DNA from: Hydrolagus colliei
Lineage: Eukaryota
DNA: 64,000 nucleotides
Reading direction: 5' to 3'
Assembly: GCA_035084275.1 (NCBI GenBank)
Contig: CM068756.1
Span: forward strand, 14,446,001 to 14,510,000
A program made the translations under genes and the position numbers. Below, one piece after another: positions 13,001 through 24,900 of this stretch (positions are counted from its first letter, which is position 1; each line of letters opens with the position of its first letter). The notes below the pieces were generated by a model, which saw only the letters and a program-made list of their open reading frames with translations, was not told where the DNA came from and did not search any database.

Positions 13001-13299
13001 AAGATACAGATGAAATTGGTATTGGTCCCTCCGATGATAGTTACATGTTTGGGGAGTTGAGTCACTTTCACTGAAGAATCGCCAGCAACTGTCAGAAAAT
13101 AAAGTCAAACAATGATTTCTCAGAAAGTATGCCATGGGAAAACCAAAGCAGTAAAACAGCAAAAAGTAGGTACATATGATACATGGCATGCGGAAACAAG
13201 CATGCACATATTTCATAGAAGAACTGAGTGATAGAATAGACATATACCTGTTGAAATAAAATTTAAGACGGACAGGTACAGAAAGACAAAACTCCCCAT
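6871..13299 (-). CDS. Inhibitory V-C1-TM-ITIM IgSF receptor B1 (SIRPalpha-like tail, NKp30-like VJ-type V), 374 aa; exons 13248-13299, 12768-13088, 11310-11627, 9975-10088, 9050-9093, 8364-8474, 6871-7035
   Basis: Seven exons with canonical GT/AG and consistent phases (52+321+318+114+44+111+165=1125 nt). Signal peptide MGSFVFLYLSVLNFISTVAG; V with C..W..DSGVYRC..GTGPGSQLIV; C1 with LVC..FYP..TW.KDG..YTCLVSH; uncharged TM; tail motifs VAYVTL, TVYAQ, LTYADL, SEYAEV. Confidence 0.9.
7085..7692 (+). mobile_element. L2 3' fragment in the last intron of B1
   Basis: HAFVTSQLDYCNALVAG, GGRAFSHYAPRLWNSLP; (gtt)n tail; absent from the B2 intron. Confidence 0.88.
8364..8474 (-). CDS. B1 cytoplasmic exon with ITIM VAYVTL and TVYAQ
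   Basis: VGEGAVGDNVAYVTLDLRNSNKTPRPKHQDESTVYAQ; phase 0/0; conserved in B2 at 35576-35686. Not in the ORF track. Confidence 0.85.
9975..10088 (-). CDS. B1 transmembrane exon (uncharged, GxxxG)
   Basis: GSGNKNPNLQLGGYAVGGCVFLILLIIIGNRYRLKKKN; AG/GT phase 1/1. Confidence 0.88.
11310..11627 (-). CDS. B1 C1-set Ig exon
   Basis: ORF 11287-11700 core VPPTPIRIF..ALVCETTAFYPKYFTLTWHKDG..VYTCLVSHATL; 318 nt, phase 1/1. Confidence 0.92.
12190..12552 (+). mobile_element. L2 3' fragment in the B1 V-C1 intron
   Basis: Similar to 7320-7690, with tail. Confidence 0.75.
12768..13088 (-). CDS. B1 V-set Ig exon (VJ-type, G strand in the same exon)
   Basis: ORF 12655-13071; acceptor at 13089-13090, donor at 12766-12767; Cys-Trp-DSGVYRC-GxG hallmarks. 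Confidence 0.92.
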
Positions 13300-13373
13300 G
13301 TCTGACTCGACTCTGATAAACTGTAACACGTGAATGTGGAGTATTTGATATAGACTAGGTAGCTGTGACACTG

Positions 13374-13416
13374 ACTTCCTGTTGATTTGGGTTTGTGAAA
13401 TGTGGTTGGTGTGGTT
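13374..13416 (-). promoter_or_regulatory. B1 proximal promoter: ETS site (ACAGGAAGT) plus two RUNX sites (AACCACA)
   Basis: acttcctgt at 13374-13382, tgtggtt at 13401-13407 and 13410-13416, about 75-120 bp upstream of the ATG. The ETS site recurs upstream of all four leaders. Confidence 0.5.
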
Positions 13417-13743
13417 GATACGATTTGAAATCCACTTCTACAGTAAAATTGAGAAAATAATAATTCTTCCCATTAATCGCAGAGGAAGGTTAAACAAATA
13501 TCTAAACATAAAAAGTAGCATTCAGCATCACCATTGAGTCAGTGGTGCTCTCTCAAACCGGAAATCTTGTTTTAAGCATCAAGCCCCTCTAAACACCAAA
13601 ATTATCATCCCCTGTTAACCTTACTGTTTGTATCCATCCAAAGACCTGGTCACTGAACTTTGCTCCCACCTGTTTCTTCATTAAGTCCTTGAAGTCCAGT
13701 TTCTTCCAAAACCCGAGACAGCACAGTCAAATTTATGATAATA

Positions 13744-13898
13744 TGGTTACCGCCCGATAGTCCGAAGGTTCGTTAGTCCGAAAGTTCATTAGTCCGAAGC
13801 TTCCCCTAACCCTAGCATTTGAACTAATGAACCTTCAGACTATTGCCCCAAATGTTCGGATTAACGAACCTTATTTTCAGATTATCGAGCGGTAACCA
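13744..13898. mobile_element. MITE with ~23-bp TIRs and tagtccgaa subrepeats
   Basis: tggttaccgcccgatagtccgaa ... ttcagattatcgagcggtaacca; extra ttcggact copies at 13943-13990. Confidence 0.7.
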
Positions 13899-14204
13899 CT
13901 GTATCCGTGCCGTGTATAGGAAATTTGTGTGTTCCTCCTATTGAACCTTCAGACTATTGAAACTTCGGACTGTCGAACCTTCGGACTATATAGTGCCCCC
14001 TGATAATACACCCAATCTGTGTTTCTCTCTCTCTCACTCTGCAACCTCGTCACTCCGCCTTTTTGTTTTCTATTGTATCCAAGTTCCTGGTCACTTAAAT
14101 TTGCTCCCATGTTTCACTCCTCTCGGTGATAGACAACATTCAGTTCAATTTCTGTCCACGGCAATAGAAAGCCTAATCACGGAAACCAAAGATACACTTT
14201 TTTT

Positions 14205-15420
14205 TCATAGAATTCATAGAATTGTACGGCACAAAAGGAGGCCATTCGGCCCATCTAGTCTGTGCCGGCTCTTTGAAAAGAGCGATTCAATCCCACTTCC
14301 CTGCCCGCTCCCCATAGCCTAATACACCTGTTCTCCCTAAATAAAGATCTAATTCCCTTTTAAAAGTTGTTTTCAGGTAATGCATTCCAGATTCGAACAA
14401 CTCGCTGAGTGAAAAAATTTCTCCTCAGCTCCCCTCTACTTCGCCTTGAAACTATTTAAAATCTGTGACCACGAGTCACAGATTCGCCCACGAGTGGAAA
14501 TAGTTTTTCTCTCTTTGCCCTGTCGAAACCCCTCATGATCTTATAAACCTCTATTAGGTCTCCCCTCAATCTTCTCTGCTCCAGAGAGAATAACCCTAGC
14601 CTATCTAGCCTCTCCTCATAGCTGAAGTCCCTCAATCCTGGCACCATCCTAGTAAATCTTCTTTGTACCCTTTCCAATGTCTTCAAATCCTTTCTGTAGT
14701 GTGGTAACCAGAATTGAACACAGTATTCCAGCTGAGGCCTCACCAAAGTCCTATAGAGGTTAGTCAGCACTTCCTGACTTTTGTACTCTATACACCTATT
14801 TATAAGCCTAGTATCCCATATGTCTTCTTAACAGCCTTGTCTACCTGTCCTGCCACCTTCAACGAGTCACTAACACAAATCCCCAGGTCTCTCTGTTCCT
14901 TCACACCATTTAAAATTGTACTATCTAGCCTATATTGCCTCCCTTCATTTCTGCTCCCAAAATGCATCACGTCACACTTCTCTGCATTAAACTTCATCTG
15001 CCATGTGTCTGCCCACTTTACCAATTTGTCTATATCCTCTTGCAGATGGCTACTATCCTCCTCACTATTTACTATTCTCCCTAACTTAGTGTCATCTGCA
15101 AACTTGGAAACTGTACTCCGTACACCCAAGTCCAGATCATTGATGTAGATTACAAACAGTAATGGTCTCAAAACTGATCCCTGTGGCACACCACTGCTCA
15201 TTTGCCTCCAGTCTGAAAAACAGCCGCTCACTACAACCCTCTGCTTTCTGTCTCGCAGCCAGTTGTGGATCCACGCTGCCACTGCCCCTTTTACGCCATG
15301 GGCCTTTAATTTCCTAATAAGTCTCTCATGTGGCACTTTGTCAAATGCCTTTTGAAAGTCCATGTAAACTTGATCAACTGGGCTACCATTATCCACCCAT
15401 TCCGTTACCTCATCAAAAAA
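14205..15420 (-). mobile_element. 5'-truncated CR1 LINE (RT C-terminal part, internal deletion, 3' ATTCTATG tail)
   Basis: ORFs 14800-15396 (DFQKAFDKVPH, VPQGSVL, FADDTKL) and 14456-14770; tail at about 14205-14225. Confidence 0.93.
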
Positions 15421-17859
15421 TTATATTAGATTTGTAAGGCAAGATTTGCAACAACTGTATTCGGGGCCCCCTTCTTTTTCTTATTTATCTTTTGGTGATA
15501 CTTTCCACAGGGAACCTATTAACTTTCATATTGATAGGAATGAAAGGCCGCTCTTCTTTTCAACTTCCACTGTTCCAAGGTCCACTGATGCTCTAAACAT
15601 TTTGGTGTCAAGACCTCGATGACCCCAGACTTCCTCTAATTTAATATGGATGGCGGAAGCTATGGTACGTCGATAAGATGTGAAAAGCGCTATATCAAAT
15701 GCAAGGATTATTATTATTATTATTATTATTCAGTTGCAGACATTGAATTGCATGATATTACTCAGGTCAAACAAGATGTTTGATACTTGCCATGGCAATG
15801 CTTCCTCAAATCCTTAGTAGAGAAGATGCACTCAGCCGCTTCTACCCCTGCCTACCTCTTCCACACACCCCGGACACTTAGAATCCCTTCATTCACATGA
15901 ATCCGTCTCACATTCCTCTCTCTCACCAATGCTATAACTCGAATAACCAACCACATACACCCTCAACCCCATCCTTACCTCCCTCTTTACCTCCAAGCTC
16001 TACCTGAAAGACGCAGCATGTCAAGGAGCCCGAAAATGGGCAGTTGACTTTGTGATGGTTTTCTGCTCCTAATAATAATCCTTGCATTTCTATTGTTGAT
16101 TAAATGAGTTCAAGTCCCAACTTGGTGTTTCAACTTTTAACAGAGCATTTGACACAAAGGCATGAGTTTTATCATTGGGCCAAGCTGATACACGTGACTT
16201 TGGCACGATTCAAGTAGTGGAAGCAGTTGACTATGAGGGAGCAATGACCACAGATGATTTACATTGAGTTTGGAAAACAACTCCAGCATGCTACCAAACT
16301 CTAGCATACAAATTTAGGTGGGCAAACTTCTGGGTTCAGAGGGCTGAACCAAGAGATATAAACTGGTAGGCTTTTTAATGACAAACCAGTGGAGGAAAAT
16401 GGATATCCTTAAAGAATTTTACAGTATAAAACACTGTAATATACCAAAATGGATCAAAAGGAAAATAAAAAGATAAAGAAGTAGGAAATTTATAATGAAT
16501 GTAGGGAGAAAGGAAAGGGTGGTGATTCGACTGAATTACAAGTTTATACAGAAAGTAGTTAAAAAGAGGGTCAAAAGAAAACTGGAAAGGAACAGAAAAA
16601 CTGAAAACCATAGAACCTCAAATTCTTCGAAAATTATAGCAGAGAAGGCATGAAACCTTAAGGGATTCAACTCAGGTTATATAAATGACAATGCAACAAA
16701 CATTAAATCAACTTGCTGAGTGAGAAAACTCTACTTCCTGGAATTTTTTTTTGCCAGAGAGAACATTAAATCATGAACACTCACCTCCAACATTCTCAGT
16801 TGGCAACACTCTCCTGTCTGAGAGAGAATCTTATCTGTTCGAGTCCCACATTTGAATATGGAACTCATACAGACAAATAAATAATAATAATCTTTGTATT
16901 TGATATGGCTCCATATTACTGTACATCCTTGTGACGTCTCAAGGCACTTCACAGAACACACTGTAATAAAAATGATATAATATACATATAATATACATAT
17001 AAAAATATACTACTGTGGGATGCAGAATTTTTGGAGATGCTGTCCTTCAGATCAGAAGCTGAACTACTTGTTCAGTTGGACGTTAAAGAACCCTGTTTTA
17101 AAACAGAAGGGAGTTTCTCCAAGATTCCTTCGGATTAGTTTCCCAATTTTATCGTTTATTTTATGGCTATTTGTGGGATAAGATTGTGCACTAAATCACA
17201 CAGTCACTGAAATTATAGTATATTATATGAAGTGCTTTTAGGCAACCTCCCAGGCTTGAAATAAGTTGGCATCAACATTGATTATGCTGTCAGCACATGA
17301 GGTGAGAAGGCACTGGTTTGAAGGAAGAGCCTCTGGCTTGTGAGCATTCAACTGGAGGAAGTTAGCACTCATCAAGAATGGGTGTCCGAACAGGCAGCCA
17401 ATCAGGACAGCAGTAATCCTGGAAACAAGGACTGAAGCAGAGATTAATTAGACAAATGCACTCTCCCCAAATTCCGGGAATGCATCCATACTTCAAGAAT
17501 TAGGTTGATAGATTTTTGGCAGGTCAGGGTATTGAGGGATATGGGGAGCAAGCAGGAAATTGGAATTTAAATAAATAGTTAAGGTACAGACCAGCCATGA
17601 TCTATTTAAATTAAATGATGGAACAGTCTCAAAGGGATGAATGGCCAACTACTATTCCTATGTTCCTATGAAGAGATTGACACATTCAGAAATCAATCAC
17701 TTTGCTCAAATATACTCTCAGAACATAAGAGTTCCTTGAAGGGAACCACCCTAATGGCTAATTGCAGACACTGTGGGGTCCTCATTGATGAGAATGGAGC
17801 ATGAGAGTATGCATCAGAAGTATACTCCCAAACTTTTATCCAGCTAACACTGCACTGTG

Positions 17860-18010
17860 GAGTCCTGTAGCTCAGTGGTTAGAGCACTTGCGTTACAAGC
17901 ATCAGTCCTGTGATCAAATCTAGGTAGGATACAACCTTGGGCAAGTTTCCTAAATCTACATGCCTGATAATAATCCCTCCCCCAAAAAAATCATAATAAT
18001 AAATTGGTCA
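17860..18010 (+). mobile_element. tRNA-derived SINE 5' part (paralogues at about 46935-47170 and 58375-58600; others at about 23183-23300)
   Basis: gtcctgtagctcagtggttagagcac..ccttgggcaagtttcc. Confidence 0.75.
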
Positions 18011-18146
18011 GTGGATTTGCTGAACCAAGGAACCCCTATTTCCACAATGGTTTCAATTATAAACTGTGCAGTTTTAGCTGTTTAAATTCAGTGCCCTGAT
18101 GCACACTCTGGTGTCTTTCGTTCTTACATCATAGGACTTAGAGCAG

Positions 18147-18255
18147 GGTTTCCCAACCCTGGGGTCACATTCCCATTTGGGATCGTGACTTGAAAAAATG
18201 GGGTCGCAACGCCATCTAGCTGTTGACAAAAAAAATTGGGTCATAAAGCCTCTGT
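18147..18255 (+). mobile_element. hAT/Charlie-like terminal fragment (similar ends at about 43135-43200 and 56676-56740)
   Basis: cagggtttcccaaccctggggtc.. resembles a Charlie-type TIR. Confidence 0.5.
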
Positions 18256-19325
18256 TGGCAAAAAAAAGTGAAAGATCAATGTATTAATAGTGAATAATCG
18301 TGCATCATATCCATCAAAGTCAACATCAACCGTATTCTAAATAACTTCAAATACTTATCAGTGTATTAACAGTAGCAGTTAAAGTTAACTAGCTGGCTAG
18401 CTATGTTGAATACGCTTACTATTTGCCAAATGGAACTCTCACGATCTCTTGCGCACATGCGCATCATTTCTATCATAATTGATGATGGTATACTTATGAT
18501 GAACAAATGTTCACCTTGTCCACACCACTTTGTGATCCTCAAAATGGTGCGGACAATATCAACATTTGGTAATCATAAAAGATAGAGAGTAACGAGGAGA
18601 GATAGGGGAGAGAAGGGATAGAGAGATCGTGATTGAGTGAATGTGTGTGAGCCTCCCTTAGTCACTGTGGAGACCAGAGACAGATACCAAATGATGCACT
18701 GTGCAATTTCCTCACAGAAAATTGCCCCTTCCCTCAGTGAGAATGTCCTTTGTGCCTTTCATCTCACTCTCCAACCTACCTCTGCAACCATAGGACCCAG
18801 GTATTCCATTTGCAGAGCTCCCCCTCTAGCCCATTGGTCTGAACATTATCATTTGCCCCTGCTGTCTGGAGCTTAATTTCCCAAGTCCCTCTCCTCTGTC
18901 AAGGTACATCAAGAACGATTGGACAGTGTTTAGAGTCACTTTTCCTTTCCCTATTTCTTCCCAAGGCTCCTGCTCAGATGCCCAGCTGGGAATGTTGAGC
19001 ATACGCTGTGAATTTCTTTGAGGCATCTTGGTGAAGTGAAGAGGCACTATGTCAAATGCAAGCATTATTGTTACTATATCCATTGCTCAGCAGCCAACAG
19101 TTTGGACATCCATGTCATAGATTATACTAAGTGTGGCCATTGCAGCTACACTTGCAACTAAACAACAACAACTTGCACTTATATACAAAACAAATGTTGT
19201 TGTTGTTATATTGGCATTGTCCATGTAGGGTAGTTTCTCAGAGGGCTTAACAATGGTGAAGCCTGACTCAGCTGGAGGGAGGGGAGAGTGGGGCTGTGGT
19301 GGGATGAGGGTTAGTAGTGGGAGGT

Positions 19326-19353
19326 GGTGGGGGTGGGGGGGGGGGGGGGGGGG
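19326..19353. repeat. Poly-G tract
   Basis: ggtgggggtggggggggggggggggggg. Confidence 0.85.
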
Positions 19354-21942
19354 CGAGACGGGCGAAAGCATGGTCGAAGAGGAAAACCAAAAGATCTAGT
19401 GTGAAATGTAGAATTTATTGATACCCTCACAACCACTTAACTTGCTGTTATGTTAGCATGAACAGTAGAACCAGAAGACAAAGCTTGTGATTGAAGGATC
19501 GAGAGGTTAAATTCAAGGCGAATCAATGGAAGCATTACTTGTGTGTGCTCGTAGTAAAGGAGTTGGTGGAAGCAGAAAGTGCAATTTGGCAGAAGTACTG
19601 TCTCTGGATACTGTATATAGTTTGAGACGCAACATGTCAAGGGATTTCTGGATTGGTGGAAGGCAAACTACATGTTCCTTGGTCTTCTTTCTTCAAGCAA
19701 ATTCTTATATTCTTATGTTCTGAATTTGTTTAATTTAATTTGTTAATGTCCTCCTAATGTGCTATACACATGTAATTTTGTTCTTGTCATTGTTGTTGAA
19801 GCTGTTTTTGTCACCAATATTACAGGTGCATTAAAATCTATATCTTGAAATGTATATCTTTACATCAAGATTGGATATATTTAATAGATTTCCATATGTC
19901 CTGGGTATTGCCTTCCCCTGGAGCATGGACAATCAATGGCTGACTAAGTTATCATATTGAACTTCATTTAACATTTTATTTACAACAGTTCAAATTAATC
20001 ATTGTAATAATAATCCTTGCATTTGAAACAGCACTGTTCATATCTTCTAGATGCCTCAAAGCGCTTCACTAAATATAATGTAAAGTGAATTGACAATGCA
20101 CTGGGTATGGGTGAACCACAGCAGCCAATTGCAGGCAGCAGTGTCCCGCTAACCATTGTTGATTGAAATGACCGATTTTATTATTGTTTAGGGAATATTA
20201 TTAGATGTGTAGAGTGATGAAATCAAAACTGTTATGTTTAATTATAATAATCAACATAATTGTAGATGAGTGACATTACAGATATCACCCAAAAATATAA
20301 TAAATCCTTTATTTTTTTGCAAATCCATAGGCGTCATCCTTACAAAACACCAATGGCTTTATCTTAACACAAAAACAATTCAATTTATGAGTCCACCCAA
20401 TCAAGTCTCATGCACTGCGGTAAAACAGACAATTGTTTTGTTTTTAAATGCTGAAAATTGTGAAGAGTTTAGGCTGGTCCAGTGACATAATGGAAACATA
20501 ATATAGATCGAAGAATAGATGCCTTCTGGATGATTTTGTGCAGAAGACTCTGTGGATTCTGCTCCATAGATTTATTAAAGCAATCCACATAATTGTTGGC
20601 AGCAGTCAGCGAAAGCAAAACATACAGTATTTCATTTCTACAATCGATGTACAAGTGGACTGGGTTATAAGCCCCAAAATAATTTTTAAAAACTATACTG
20701 GTTGCATTCGGTGTATTATATTAAATTAGTAATTTTCAGTTTCTTGGAAACAAATTGACCAAGCTGATACATAACAATTTGACCTGGGAAGAATGTCTGT
20801 GAAATTGTTAATATTTACCGGATGGAACACAAATAAGCGATGGATGATATTCCAGATATATTCCAACTCCGAAACAGCCTAAAACAAATCTACTGAAGTT
20901 TGTTTAATATAGTATTTCAGCCCAAATTTGTTTAATCTGCTGGTTCTTCCAGTGCTTGCATTTCCACAAGGATAATTCAATCGCTTGCGCTCGTTTCTTC
21001 CTTACTTCATCTGTAATTAAACAAGCTATAATTTAAAAACGACAATTAAATATATTCAAACAACACAATTTATATCTATATCGCGCCTTTCGCATTGGAA
21101 AGATGTCTGAAAACACTTGACACTATCAGGTGGGCACCCGAGCTGGAGACGGAAGCCCAAGTACCAAATAAGACTCAAACACAGAGCTGGCTGTGAACAC
21201 TCAGCAGGTCAGGCACTGCTATGGAGAAAGGAAAATGGGGAACGTTCCCGGTCCATGATCTTTGGTCAGAATCCTTTGCGATGAAGAATTTTTCCTTGGA
21301 CCCGAAAAATTGATCCATTTTCCGTTTTCCAGAGATGCTGCCTGACCTGCTGAGTATTCCAAGCGATCTCTGTTTCTGTTGCAGATTTCCAGCATCTGGA
21401 GTATCTTGTGTTTTATCACATGTGGCTGCCTGATTGCTTTTGTTTGTAAGAGATTACAGATTTATTGCAATTCGATATATTTTAAATTTATTTTTAAAAA
21501 CCAATATTCAGCCTCACGGATGCAGAGCTTATGAATGACGATGTTAATACATAATATGATAAGTAAGTACCAGATGCGGATATTATGACACAAATATATT
21601 GTTGAATATTTCCAGATACCTGAAGATTTTTCTGAGCTATTGATATATCCATTGATTATTATAGAATCCTCCAACACATCAAAACATAATTTCTACAATA
21701 TAAACTATATTTTTGTCCACAAATATACAGTCAGTTTGCTTTACAGTATATTCTGTGAAGCTCTTTGAAACGTATAGAAGACGTGTAACGCGCTTTATCA
21801 AATTCAAGGCTTATTATTATTATATTATCCCGGTTATCAGTGAACAAGACGAACTTGTTTCGTGTTCGTGGATAATTTGCTAAGACACAACTACAATTGT
21901 AAATTAAAAGACAATATTCTTTTAAAACAAAGAATTGCTTAC

Positions 21943-24900
21943 CTTTCAAGTGGGATGATTCTCGTATAGTCAACAATAATGATGGTCAACGCTAGCACTA
22001 CCACAAAACATAATATAAAGCGAATAATCACCATAAAGGGTACTCCAGGATTATCTAGAAAACAAATATCAAACTATAAAATGTTTATAGCAAAATTACC
22101 GAATAATTAAGCTTGATTAGGAAAATGCTCAGGTTTTTTTTTATTGGAAGCTAAAATAAGATTGACAAATACTGTGAACTGCGCATTCAATAAATTGAAA
22201 ATAACTGTGAAAGCCAATGCAATGGCATTTTACTTGTGATATTATCCAAAAACTGTTATATATTACGTGGTAGCAGTTCCCCTGAGATTATGTGCTCAAC
22301 TTGAAATGGCAGATGTTCCGACCCGAGCCCAGGAGAGGCAACCGCCTTCCGAAACAAAACTGATTCCATCGGTCATCATTTTTCCATCTCAAAAAACATT
22401 ACAACATCCCACAAACTTGTTTTATTTTAAATGCGGCGAGTGTTGTTATAAAGCAATAAGCAGCAAGAGATTTGCTCCAAAAAATCCTCAGAGAATGGAA
22501 TGGATTGATGAACGAATATCATGTGTGTATCATCTGTCAGTGTCAACGTATCATCACCAAACTCCATTTTCTGATTTCAAACCTAAATGTAGGTGAAACG
22601 CGCAAGGCTATCGCACTTTCTGCAGGTTACTAAACTCAAAAAGTTTAAAAGGAACTTTCTCTGAATTTTCTCTACAAGAACGGCTGAATGCGTTCGTGTT
22701 CCACGTAATGGGTTATAGTTTCAGCAACTGCGCGGTGCATCAGAACAGATATGCTTCAGCAGGTTTTGTTACTTATTTGTCTATTTTTAAATAGAGTCTT
22801 GACAGGTCTGCAGCAACCCAAGACATTGTTAATGAGAAACCAGTTAGCCAGCTGGTCAACAAGACTTAGAATTGCAGGACAGTCACTGGAGGAGAGGGGT
22901 TTAGAGAGAGCTTCACCAAATATTATTCTGATTAGGGTAAAAAGGTGAACCTCTCCAGGAAAACAAAACACATTCCATTCCAAACACAGAGAAATTAGCC
23001 ATGAACAGCATTATTGAGCAGAGACCAAGAGTTTGAGGTGATTGTTATTTTATAAATGGTTCTATGGGGTACTCGGCAAGAACTATTTATGAGTATAATC
23101 CTCATTGTACATAAAATGAAAGCATTTTCCAATAATAGTTTAGATCACAGCAATTAATTGTAGGATGTTTGCAAATGTGTGGAGTGCTGTAGCTCAGTGG
23201 TTAGAGCAATTGCCTCGCTAGCAGGAGAATCTGGGCCGAATTCCCGGAACGGGAAAAAGTTCAACAAGTTTCCTTAATTCACATGACCCTGTTCATCAAA
23301 CAGTAAGTAGGAACACGGTTGTTATTGGGTTGGAGGTTCGCTTTCCCCGAGGTAATGATATATTAAACAACAAAGTTATACATATATTAACAATAATTTT
23401 GCTAATCAGTCCATGATTATTTGTGGGACAACGCTAGTGAGATTTGCTCATAAAAGTATGTCGCTATATCAAATGCAAGGATCATTATTATTAAATTACC
23501 TGAGTTGGATTTGGAAACTGTGAATCTAGAGACCGCTGGAATTCGGAGGCTGTTGTGAGATACCGAACAGGAATAAACAACCCCGCTCTGTACAGGCTGC
23601 GTCTCTTCCAAATAGCTGGAAACTTTGTAAAGACCATTTGAATCCCTTTGTTTACTGGAAATTATCCCAGTTTTAACTTCATTGCCATCTTTACTCCAGG
23701 TGAGCATTATATCTTCAGGGTAAAACGCAGCCGTTTCACACACAAGAGTCAGAGACATTGTTGATTCTCCTTCAGAATCTCTGGAGAATATCTTCAGCGG
23801 GGTCGGGGGGACTGTAGGACAGACAATGGAGCAGAATCAGTTGCTTAATATGAGTTGGAAGATTACACTTTATTCCCATTTGAATTGTACATGTATTGTT
23901 TCCTTGCAACATTATCATAAATAAGGTCCTCCAATGTGCCACCTGCCAGTTATTGTTATCATAACAAGCAATCTGGAAGAACCTGATCCCTTCCAGGTCT
24001 GTTACTTGGAACAATTTGTGATGTATCAGATGATAAAGGATGCGGTCCTGCCACTATTTACCAGATTAATGGTTGGATGAAGGGATTTAACTATGACAAG
24101 AGGATGGGTAAACGTGATTTATATTGATAGATCTCAGCAGAATGGGAGGTAATTTGATTGAACTGTCAATGAATGGTAACATATGCAATGATACATGCTG
24201 CTAATAGAGGTATAAAAATAGAAGGCGGCATGATTCTGACATTTAGCAAAACGTATTGGTCCTGATATGAAAGATAAATATTTTTATAAATTGGAAAGTG
24301 GTGGCGAAATTGGATTAAAACTTATGCCAACATTCTCGAGCAACAAAAGCTGGAAATGTCACCATCGCTAGACGAATATGCAAACCTCCTGCTTAACACC
24401 AACATTCATTTGGTTCTGCTGTGTTTCTTTAAATTTCATAAGCTTTGAACCAACCTACCATAATTAGAGTATGTAACACAAAATCACTTCATGAATGTTG
24501 ACGGGATATTTTTGTGGGCAAATTGGTGCAAATTGTGCCACTGTTTATAAATATCTACCTTTTGTCTAAATCAGATATTTGATTCATAATAAGCAAGTAA
24601 TCGATAATAGAGCCTTTTGTATCGAGATGACATATTAAAGCGTTTCATCAGAGCACAACAGCAGCCAATTTTGCGAACAACAATGTGCTATAAACAGCCA
24701 TGAAGTGAACAACCAACGTTATGTGGGGATTCTTTGGCCAAGGTCGCGGGGAGGAAGAATCTCTTTTCGAATAGTTCCACATGATCTTTAGTATCCTGTG
24801 GAATTTTATGAATTGATGCAAGAACGAGGATAAATGTTTTATTTACGTAAAATATTTCCTTTGGGCTGTACTATCATAACTTCGAATGAGAATGGATAAT

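Noticed and set aside
6871-13299. Assigning the symbols SIRPA, NCR3 or NCR3LG1
   Set aside because: The features are mixed (one C1, SIRP-like tail, NKp30-like V and TM), so orthology cannot be fixed without phylogeny.
19270-19353. G-quadruplex regulatory element
   Set aside because: Intergenic, not conserved in the paralogous spacers, and probably a decayed repeat or homopolymer.
23417-23499. Hydrophobic read-through after the A2 C1 exon as an alternative anchor or secreted form
   Set aside because: It derives from an antisense SINE tail and is not conserved in the other C1 exons.
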